Assembly: GCA_951406725.2 (NCBI GenBank)
Contig: OX597827.1
Coordinates: 15,376,001 to 15,440,000, forward strand
Reading direction: 5' to 3'
From: Octopus vulgaris
Taxonomy: Eukaryota
DNA: 64,000 nucleotides
Part shown: positions 1 through 9,996 of the stretch, in pieces
Numbering within the stretch: the first letter of the stretch is position 1
Layout: every line of letters begins with the position of its first letter
The notes under the pieces: generated by a model
Seen by the model: the letters and a program-made list of their open reading frames with translations, nothing else
The model's database searches: none
What the model was told of the DNA's origin: nothing
Program-made: the position numbers and the translations under genes

Positions 1-849
1 TTAAAATTTTTTCTATACATATCTGACCCATGCCAGCATGGAAAAGCAGACACAAAACTCTGAACACAAACAAAGGACCCAACCAAAATTATGAAGTATA
101 AATAAGGACCCCACTGGCATGGTTGTGGGTTAAGAAGCTCAATTTACAACAACAAGTATTCAGGTTCAGTCCTACTGCATGGCACCTTAGCCTGGGGCCA
201 ACCAGTGTTTTGTAAGTGAATTTTGTAGACAGAAACTGTGTCAAAGCTGGTCAAGTACATATGTGTGTGTCTTTGTGTTTGTTCCCTAATACTGCTTGAG
301 AACAAGTGTTGGTTTGTTTACATCCACCTCAGTGCTTAATTGGTGCTCGTTTTGCTGACCCCCAAAAGGATTAAAGGTAAAGTTGACCTTGGCAGAATTC
401 GAACTCAGAACATAAAGCCCAAAGAAATACCACTGTCCAGTGTACAAACAATTCTGACAGTTCACCACTTCAATAATAATAGTGATCCTTTCTACTATGA
501 GCACAAGGCCTGAAATTTGGAGGGAGGGGACTAGTCAATTACATTGACCCCAGTGTTTCACTGGTGCTTAATTTATTGACCCCAAAAGGTTGAAAGGCAG
601 AGTCAACCTCGGTGGAATTTGAACTCAGAACATAAAGACGGATGAAATACTGCTAAGCATTTTGCCTAGCATGCTAACAATTCTGCCAGCTCACTACCTT
701 AATGCAAATAACAATCCTCTCTACAGTAGATACAAGGCTTGAAATTTTGGGGAGTGCTCAACTGGTACTTATTTTATAAACCCTTGAAAGGAGAAGTCAG
801 CGTTAAAGGAATTTAAACTTGGAACATAAAAATGGGCAAAATGCTTAGT

Positions 850-1020
850 GGGTGGTGGCGATCTCTGCTGTACTCTTTCGCCACAACTTTCTCTCACTCT
901 TTCTTCTGTTGGCCTGCTCGCTTAGCCAGCAGATGGCGTCATTTGAAGACTAAAACAATGCGAAGTGTATTGTGACCAACGATGTGTAGCAACATCTGAT
1001 AGCCTGGTCGGTCACGGTGA
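850..1020 (+). mobile_element. SINE family S3, 3' part (tail type A)
   Basis: Matches the reverse complement of 7446-7751 and 54076-54371. Confidence 0.75.
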
Positions 1021-1042
1021 TATATATATATATATATATATA

Positions 1043-1206
1043 TACGATGGGCTTCTTTTGGTTTCTGTCTACCAAATCCACTCATAAGGCTTTGGTCAGC
1101 CCGAGGCTATAGTATAAGACACTAGCCCAAGGTGTCACACAGTGGGACTGAACCCGGAACCATGTGGTTGGTAAGCAAGCTACTTACCACACAGCCACTC
1201 CTGCAC
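1043..1206 (-). mobile_element. CORE-like SINE S1, 5' half
   Basis: Same head and ACCTTGGGC core as the other S1 copies. Confidence 0.8.
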
Positions 1207-2303
1207 TTAAGAGCCACTGTCCAGCATACTAATGATTCTGCAAGTTCACTGCTTTAATAATGGTTATAATAAAATAATAATAATAATAATGGTAATGAGA
1301 AATATGCCAAAGAAATTGGAATTTACATGAATCAGAGCAGGCCCCAAAAACTGCTCTATTGGGGACAGCTAGGATTTTGAGGTTAGTAATTGGGTGTTGA
1401 GTATCTTCCATAATAGTTAACATTCAAGTACCAAGGAAATAGACACTGTGAGACCTCTGACAACAGGTCGCTATCCACTCTCGCAGAATCAACCATTGCA
1501 AGTAAGACCAGGAGCTCTGGTGAGGTAAAATATAATAATAATAATAATATTAATAATAACAATGGTTTCAAATCTTGGCACAAGGCCAGCAATTTTGAGG
1601 AGAATGGATTAGTCAGTACTATCAAACCCAGTACCTAACTGGTATTTTATTTTATTAACCTCAGAAGAGTGAAAAGCAAAATGGACTTTCGCAGGATGAA
1701 ATACTGCAAAACATATTTCCAGTGTTCACCACCTTTCAATAATAATCAGAGCATTATATGAATCCCAGTATATCTATCATGACTATCCATCTGATAGGGG
1801 TACACCACGTACATGCATAACAACTATATGTGCGTGACATGGTGATTTCATATCAAGATTAACACCGCATGACTTTGCAGGTAGGGCCCAGTTAGAATTT
1901 TCTTCGGGTAAAGTAGTCCATCCCGCTCAAAAGGCCCCTGAATAAGGGTTATTTAAGGATGTTTCCAAAGGTGAATTAGTCAAACCCCGAAGAATTCCTC
2001 TCAACACATGGCTATGCTGCTCCCCCACTACTTCTCGTGATCAGAGATGCACGTATCGTCAGCCACCGAGGGAAATGTTCAAATGGTTAAGGTCAAACAA
2101 CTGACAAGCAAATCTGTGGTACTGAGCAGAATATTTGCTTATTATTATTATCATTTTTACTATTAAGGTGATGAGCTGGCAGAATTGATACCACGCTGGA
2201 CATAATGCTTAGCGGCATTTCTTCTGACTATATTCTGAGTTCAAATGCCACCAGGGTCGATTTGCTTTTCATCTTTTTGGGTTCGATAAAGTAACTACTA
2301 TTA

Positions 2304-2480
2304 TTTATTTTGGACGGATATATGTCCTTACCTTGTTTGTTGTTACCACAACATTTCTACCAGGACACCTAATGAAGGTTGGAGAGGGAATCAGCCGAAA
2401 CATGGTAACAACAAACAAGATGAGGACACATATCCGTCCAATGTAAATAATGTACAGAATTCCTCATCTCTAAAATATAG
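2304..2480. mobile_element. Penelope-like hairpin fragment inserted into an S2 SINE
   Basis: About 40-bp inverted arms (2309-2348 / 2402-2441) enclose a degenerate hammerhead core CTAATGA...GAAA. A related copy lies at 38245-38345. Confidence 0.55.
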
Positions 2481-2585
2481 GAAAGTAAGTACCAGTTGAA
2501 CACTGGGGTCAATGTAATCAACTCCCCACCCCCCATGAAATCACTGGCCCAGTGTCAAAATTTGAAACCATTATTATTATTATTA

Positions 2586-3072
2586 GGAATGTAGCGAAAG
2601 AGGTGGTATGGTGGACCCGTTTGCAAGGGCTAAGGTCAGACACTTTCTTCTTTGGCCCAGGCCTCATCAACTTTTTCAAGTTTCACTTGAAAAGGAAGAT
2701 GAGAGTAGAGAGGGAAGTGATGTCTGGTAGCAAGTTTATTGAAAGGTGGGTGAATGTCGCAAGAATGGCCAGTATGAACGGACCAATTCTGAGGATACAC
2801 CTGTGATTAAAAAAAGGTAATATAAGAGGATAAAGGGACTCTCTACCCCGCTTTTGACCAGGCTCCCGTGGCTTTTATGGGTTTTTCCACCAGGAACCTT
2901 TCGAAGCGCCTCCCCCTTTTGGGAGTTTTTCATTGTTAAATATTTTCGTTGATATCCTGCTTTGTAGACACATTTTTCAAACGGACAAAACCCTTTGTAA
3001 CTTTCATCCTGTGTTTTGTCCCTTTATGTTTTCCAATCATGTGTGTCAGCCCTTGTGGCCAATAAACGAATT
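2586..3072 (+). mobile_element. Tx1-clade LINE, 3' fragment (ORF2 C-terminus and 3'UTR)
   Basis: VAKEVVWWTR..FFKFHLKRK aligns with the C-terminus of the 60-63 kb LINE. Ends GCCCTTGTGGCCAATAAACGAATT and is flanked by (ATT)n. Confidence 0.8.
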
Positions 3073-3286
3073 AATTATTATTATTAGGGCAGTGAATTGG
3101 CAGAATTGTTAGAGCATCAGAAAAAATGCCTTGCAGTGTTTGTTTTGGGTTCAAATTCTGCTAAAGTCAACTTTACCAATTATCCTTTCGGAGTCAATAA
3201 AATAAAGTACCAATCAAGTACTGGGGATGATCACATCAACTAATCCACTTACCTCAAAATTGCTGACCATATACCTAAATCAGATA

Positions 3287-3465
3287 TCATCATCATCATC
3301 GTTTAGCATCCGCTTTCCATGCTAGCATGGGTTGGACGGTTCAACTGGGGTCTGGGAAGCCAGAAGGCTGCACCAGGCCCAGTCTGATCTGGCAATGTTT
3401 TTACGGCTGGATGCCTTTCCTAATGCCAACCACTCCGTGAGTGTAGTGGGTGCTTTTTACGTGCA
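3287..3465 (-). mobile_element. RTE 3' end with (GAT)n tail
   Basis: Same sequence as the 3'UTR of the RTE copy at 45811-47025. Confidence 0.75.
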
Positions 3466-3671
3466 GGCACAAGGCCTGAAGTTTTGATAGAAGGGGCTAG
3501 TTAATTACATTGGCTCCAGTGTTCAACTGGTATTTATTTTTTTGACCCCGAAAGGATGAACAGCATAGTCGACCCCAGCGAAATTTGAACTCCAAATGTA
3601 AAGATGGATGAAATGCAACTAAGCATTTTGTTCAGCATGCTAACAATTCTGTCAGCTCGCTGCCTTAGAAA

Positions 3672-4045
3672 TCTCTCTATATATAAACAGCAAAATGTCT
3701 CTGTGTGTGTGTGTGCATGTCTTTTATACAAATCCACAATTTTTCAGTTAGAGGGCTCGCACTTTCTATGGTCATTGAAAACCGTCCAAGGGTGGTCGTG
3801 CACATCTTTACACTTCCCCAGTCACCCCGCAAAGCCATTAAAAAATCAATAGAAGTAAATTTTTTGTGAATTTTCTATCCAAAACCCAATCAAAATGCCC
3901 GAAACTTGATACGCCAATTGAATGCCAGCCAGCTGTATGTGATTGGTCGGAGATTTGGACAGTACTCGCGTGTATGTGCACACGCACGCAGCTGTATATG
4001 CATGCACTAGCAGTATGACCCGGGGTTGCCAGGTCATAGTGCTAA
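3672..4045 (+). mobile_element. Non-autonomous Helitron, family H1 copy 1
   Basis: A|TC start, subterminal hairpin, CTAA|T end, no TSD; four copies in the window. Confidence 0.8.
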
Positions 4046-4659
4046 TCTTTATTATAATAAGAACAATGATGATGTAAAGACAGAAAATATAGAATGTCAA
4101 AAAGCCTTTTTAATTCTTAATATATTTGGCAAATAAAGAAAAGGTCTATTGAATACATATTTTATCAGAAATTTCTCATGATAGAAACTACATTAATTAA
4201 AACAGCAAATTTTAATCAGAAGGAACAATATAAACCAAACAAAAAACAAAAAAAAAATAACAATCACGTGAACCAAGCCTGCATTTTCTGATACCACATA
4301 ATAACAATTTTTTCAACAATGTTTCATGATTAAGGGTCACCAAAATTTTAGCGATTTTGTTGAAAACTATCTTCAATGTGTTCAGTACTCCACTGCAGAG
4401 GAAAGAAAGGGTTTCAGTATTTAATATATTTGATAGTAATTTTACAAGTTACCTATTTTTTAGAGAGGGAAACAGGCTGTTACTCTGTCTCTCTGTCTCT
4501 CCTTTGCTCTGCTCTGTTCTCATTTCCAATAACAAAATATACACCAAGTTCAAGTTATAACTGAATATATTTTGTCATTTTCCTCCAGCTTAAACTTGAA
4601 TTTTATTTTTAAAAATTACCAATACTATATTATTCTTTGTTTGGAACGATGGATCTCAA

Positions 4660-4959
4660 AGGCGGTTTCGGCTATAGTCTAGTCACCTGTGTAGTCAACC
4701 AGGTGGTATATGAAGGAGTCATACCCAATGACTGGTGTAGCAGCACCATAGTTAACTGCTACAAAGATAATGGTGACACATTAGATGCAAATAATTACAG
4801 AGGTATCAAGTTGTTGGATCAGATAATGAAAGTAACGGAGAGGGTCATAGCCCGCCTAATTAGGGAGAGAGTCAGTCTATATGAGATGCAGTTTGGGTTT
4901 GTGCCAGGGAAAAGCACCACTGATGCTATATTTCTGGTACGACAGCTGCAGGAGAAACA
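4660..4959 (+). mobile_element. RTE LINE RT fragment
   Basis: NYRGIKLL...QFGFVPGKSTTDAI; near-identical to 11478-11775. Confidence 0.9.
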
Positions 4960-5740
4960 ATAACATTGCAACATTAGATTTTTAAAAGTACTTGGATAAA
5001 AAAAAAAGTCAAAGACAGCCTTTTCTGACCCAATGTTTACATCTTTGACCTTTTAGTCATCAGACAGTGGCCATGCTGGAGCACCACCTTGAAGAATTTT
5101 TTAGTTGAATGAATGCTAGTGCTTATTTTTTTTAAAGCTTGATACTTATTTTATTGGTCTCCCTTGTCAAACTACTAAGTTACAGTGATATAAAGACATA
5201 AACACACCCACACTGGTTGTCAAACAACTGTGGAGGACAAACACAGATACGACACACACACACACATGACAGGATTCTTTCAGTTTCCGTCTACCAAATC
5301 CACTCAGAAGGCTTTGGTCGGCCTGAAGTTATAATAGAAGACACCTGTCCAAGGTGTCATGCAGTGGGACTGAACCCGGAACCACATGGTTCGGAAGCAA
5401 GCTTCTCACCACACAACCACACCTATGGCTATTTTTTTATAGCTTTATCTGCTTTGAGTTCCACTGTTCCAAAAAAGAATTATTCCATATTCTCTCCAAA
5501 ATTTACAGGTGTTTATGATGTCAACAGTATTATTCAAAAACAAGTTGCATTTCAATAGGGCACAGTTCAATATATCAGGTTTCTATTGTAAATGTAAATA
5601 ACGTGCATTGATACATTAAGTGTGAAAACAATAAGTTACAAAGATTCATGAATGTGCGTCTAAAACCTTTTATTTACTAACTATTCAAATAATCTCTCTT
5701 GTTTGTTGTCCACCATTGTATCTGTACACTTACACTTTTG

Positions 5741-5918
5741 CTTGTTTCAGTCAATTGACTGTGGCCATGCTGGAGCACCGCCTTTAAGTCGACCAAGTCG
5801 ACCCCAGGACTTATTCTTTGTCGTCTCTTTTGCCGAACTGCTAACTTACAGGGACGTAAACACAGAAGCATCGGTTGTCAAGCGATGATGGGGAGGACAA
5901 ACACAGACACACACATAC

Positions 5919-5961
<43 letters not shown>

Positions 5962-6121
5962 TACGACGGGCTTCTTTCAGTTTCCGTCTACCAAATCCAC
6001 TCACAAGGCTTTGGTCGGCCTGAGGCTATAGCAGAAGACACTTGCTCAAGGTGCCACGCAGTGGGACTGGACCCAGAACCATGTGGTTCGTAAGCAAGCT
6101 ACTTACCACACAGCCACTCCT
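5741..6121 (-). mobile_element. CORE-like SINE S1
   Basis: tRNA-like head, core ACCTTGRGCAAGT, internal (TA)n/(CA)n. An older copy lies at about 5055-5425. Confidence 0.85.
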
Positions 6122-6727
6122 ATCCTTATTTTTATACAGAATTTATTTAGTATACCATTTTTTTTTTTCAAGGTTTCAAGAGTCAACAGAGGGAAAGAAC
6201 TGTTTTCTCTTGTGGTACCATTTCCAACTGTTCTAATTAGCTAAGTAGTAAACAACTCTATTGTTTATTATATTTTAGCTACGATGATGACTTTTCACTC
6301 ACCGGGGAGGTAAAAAAGAAAAAAAAGGAAAAAAATAGAAAAAGAGAGAAAAAAAAAAAAAAAGAGACAGGTGACTCTTCTGTCAAGAGTTGCAACTAAC
6401 AGACAGTATTATTCAGCAACTGAAAATCTAAGAGTGACATAGTTTCCTTGGTTTGCTATGAAGATTGGCTGCAATGGAGATGATGATGATGATGATGATT
6501 ACTTATAAAAACTATTTCTTTATTTAGTAAACTTACAGTGTAGACAGATATAAAGGTGTGTAGGGGTGCTAGGCATCCCATTTATATTACAAATTACAAA
6601 AATTACATTCGTATATCACATTCATATAAACAAATGGGTTAACATGAGCTTGTACCTTGCTGTAAGTATTGCTTGCATTTTTGAACAAGACGCTTTGTTT
6701 GACTTGCATTTGAGGAGTTGATATACA

Positions 6728-6898
6728 GGTGCAGGAGTGGCTGTGTGGTAATAGCTTGCTAACCAACCACATGGTTCCGGGTTCAGTCCCACTGCATGGC
6801 ATCTTGGGCAAGTGTCTTCTGCTATAGCCCCAGGCCGACCAATGCCTTGTGAATGGATTTGGTAGACGGAAAACTGAAAGAAGCCCGTCGTATATATG

Positions 6899-6929
<31 letters not shown>

Positions 6930-7125
6930 ATGTTTGTCCCCCTAGCATTGCTTGACAACCGATGCTGGTGTGTTTATGTCCCCGTTACTTAGCAGTTCGG
7001 CAAAAGAGACCGATAGAATAAGTACTGGGCTTACAAAAAGAATAAGTCCCGGGGTCGAGTTGCTCGATTAAAGGGCCGCAGTCAAATGACTGAAACAAGT
7101 AAAAGAGTAAAAGAGTAAAGAGTAT
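6728..7125 (+). mobile_element. CORE-like SINE S1
   Basis: Near full length, with A/B-box-like head and (GAGTAAAA)n tail. Confidence 0.85.
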
Positions 7126-7445
7126 ACAACAAATAAGATTCCTCTTAAAATTATTACATAGTTGTGTGTGTGTGTGTGTGTGTGTGTATTCCTATCTAAA
7201 ATAGGGATTTGTTTCTCAACTGCTTGATACTTGAGGAATTAGTGGCAAGTGATGCAAAGCAACCGATGAAGAAAATAGACATGACAGATTGCAGGTTTTC
7301 ATTTCAGGTCACACATTTTTCTTCTTTTTAATTTTAAGTGCATCGTTAAAGCTTTTATGAAAGGCATCAATATAACACAAATTCATTTCAACCCCTCACC
7401 TTCAGAATTATGAGGTGTTAAAAACTGTCATATAAACTATATAAT

Positions 7446-7751
7446 CTTTCTTCCTTTCTTCCGACCAGTCCATCAGATGTAGTTACACATCGCTGGTCAC
7501 AATGCGTTCGCATTGTTTTTAGCCTTCGAATGACGCCACCTCGCTGGCTAAGCGAGCAGGCCAACAGAAGAAAGAGTGGGAGAAAGAGTGGTGAAAGAGT
7601 ACAGCAGGGATCACCACCCCCTGCCGGAGCCTTGTGGAGCTTTTAGGTGTTTTCGCTCAATAAACACTCATAACGCCCGGTCTGGGAATCGAAACCGTGA
7701 TCCTACGACCACGAGTCCACTGCCCTAACCACTGGGCCATTGCGCCTCCAC
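7446..7751 (-). mobile_element. tRNA-derived SINE S3 (tail A)
   Basis: A/B-box head GGAGGCGCAATGGCCCAGTGG...GGTTTCGATTCC; 14-bp TSD ATAAACTATATAAT. Confidence 0.85.
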
Positions 7752-7835
7752 ATAAACTATATAATAAATCAATAAATGACAAACGGGAAATGAATGATGG
7801 CCTTCAATGAAACATAAACAAAGAAAGATTATTTA

Positions 7836-8552
7836 GCCCTTTAGCACTTAAGTTCTATGTTCAAACTGACCGACTTTGGCTTCTCACACCTACAAGGTCA
7901 TTCTAAAAATATACAAACACATTGAAATCTAGGAGCATTCCGTCGGTTACGACGACGAGGGTCCCAGCTGATACGATCAACGGAACAGCCTGCTCATGAA
8001 ATTAACGTGCAAGTGGCTGAGCATTACACAGACATGTGTACCCTTAACACGTAGTTCTCAGGGTGATTCAGCATGACACAGAGTGTGACAAGGCTGACCC
8101 TTTGAAATACAGGTACAACTCATTTTTGCCAGCTGAGTGGACTGGAGCAATGTGAAATAAAGTGTCTTGCTCAAGGACACAAGTCGTTGCCGGGAATTGA
8201 ACTCACGACCTTACAATCGTAAGCTGAATGCCCCTAACCACTAAGCCACGCGTCTTCACCATTGAAATCTAGAAGCAGTGAGATAATGCATGATTAATTC
8301 AAACCAATTTGAATAAATAAGCATTATGCTTGACAGAATTATCTGAATGCTAAAAGGTTAAACCAGTTATATCCGGCACAAATATTCCATTTTATATTCA
8401 AACTGGCCAGATGTAGCCTCTCACACTTACCCTAAAATGTCATTCTAAAAATAAACAATCACACCATCAAAATCTCAAAGCTACAAGATAATGCAAGATT
8501 AATTCCAAACAATGTGAATAAATAAGCAATACATTTGAGAGGTAAATGGTTA
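7836..8552. mobile_element. Decayed piggyBac-like MITEs with a nested SINE (7933-8259, -)
   Basis: Similar to the MITE at 41521-41739. The nested SINE has a 13-bp TSD CATTGAAATCTAG (7920-7932 / 8260-8272). Confidence 0.7.
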
Positions 8553-8654
8553 AACGCAAATGATTTGTAGGGGTCCGACTCTGGTTTCTATAGTTTTAAG
8601 CAAATTAAAACAATTCTCTCCCAGATTATTAGAGCAATCTGCAACAGAATCTAT

Positions 8655-9072
8655 GGATCTTTTCGGTTTGAACGGCAGTTTTTTCTAGCGGTGTCATATG
8701 AAATTGTCACCCATAATTATGACCCTAGTATCGATCTATTGCATTTCAATCTGTTTTAGGGTTAGGGTTAGGGTGGGGGGAAGGGTATTTTTTTTCTTCA
8801 CAAATGTAAATAAACCCAGTCTGTTTCTTAAGCGAGGGACATTTTCATACGGCACAGAATGTTTTCACCTCAATAGACGTCATTGATTGGTTGAAATTGC
8901 AGAAATTGAAGAAAAAAAACAACAACAAATATCTTACAAACTATAGAATTTTCTCAATAAAGCCAAGAGAAAAAGATGTTTCATAAACACATTCTACCAG
9001 TATACGAAGTTTAAGAGTGTTTAGTTACGTGGAAATTATTTTTAAAAACTGCCGTTCAAACCGAAAACATCC
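8655..9072. mobile_element. Merlin-like MITE M1
   Basis: About 28-bp TIRs GGATCTTTTCGGTTTGAACGGCAGTTTT, 8-bp TSD GAATCTAT, internal (TTAGGG)3. Confidence 0.8.
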
Positions 9073-9381
9073 GAATCTATCTCAGAGAAGTCTAATACTT
9101 GTTCTCCACCGCCATAAGTTGAAATGAGTAGAATTAACTGTCACATCCAGATACGCAATGAAAAGTCTGCTGTAAGATACAAACTCATGAACCATTGCCA
9201 CTACCACCACCACCACCACCACCACACTAAACATTATTCACACAACCATGTTGACTGAATCATAAAATACATTTCATAGTGCTGAAATTATTTCATGACT
9301 AAATTACTTTTACAGTTTAAATGGTTGATTAATTTTTAAATCTACTTAGAAATTGACACATTGAAGAGGTCTCAAATATTC

Positions 9382-9420
<39 letters not shown>

Positions 9421-9423
<3 letters not shown>

Positions 9424-9882
9424 GTAAGGGTAGCAAAAAAATTCTAGAAAAAATGCTCCGCTACCAGCGGTCCAGTGAGAAAGAAAAGATAGTCAAAGAC
9501 TATATAATATACATTCAAAAATATAAGGAATGGCCATAATAGGCCATTCGACTCACTAGAAAGAGCAGCCAAACTCAAACCGCTAAATAGTTGTAATTCT
9601 GAAATTGAAAGAGAAATAAAAACATTTACCCTTTTCATCTCTGGACTATGCATAGTTTCAACAAACTTTGGTAAACAAATTAATTAAATTAAATTAAATT
9701 TATTTACAACTGGCGTGTCTCATCAGCATAGTCCAGAGATGAAAAGGGTAAATGTTTTTATTTCTCTTTCAATTTCAGAATTACAACTATTTAGCGGTTT
9801 GAGTTTGGCTGCTCTTTCTAGTGAGTCGAATGGCCTATTAGGGCTATTCCTTATATTGTTGAATATATATATATATATATAT
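9421..9882 (-). mobile_element. Penelope-like inverted terminal structure with hammerhead core
   Basis: About 145-bp inverted arms (9507-9651 / 9726-9870). The minus strand reads CTGATGA..GAAA-CTATGCATAG-TC. Flanked by (TA)n. Confidence 0.6.
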
Positions 9883-9996
9883 CTTTCCCGTTCCCTGGTG
9901 AGGATGTAGTCAATTTGACTAGTGTGTCTACCAGATTGGTATATATATATATATATATATATATAGTTCGTTCATCATCGTTTAACGTCTGCTTTC

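Noticed and set aside
1760-2140. Probable interspersed repeat
   Set aside because: Single copy in the window with no diagnostic termini; cannot classify.
8755-8780. (TTAGGG)3 as a telomere or fusion relic
   Set aside because: It is an internal part of the multi-copy MITE M1.
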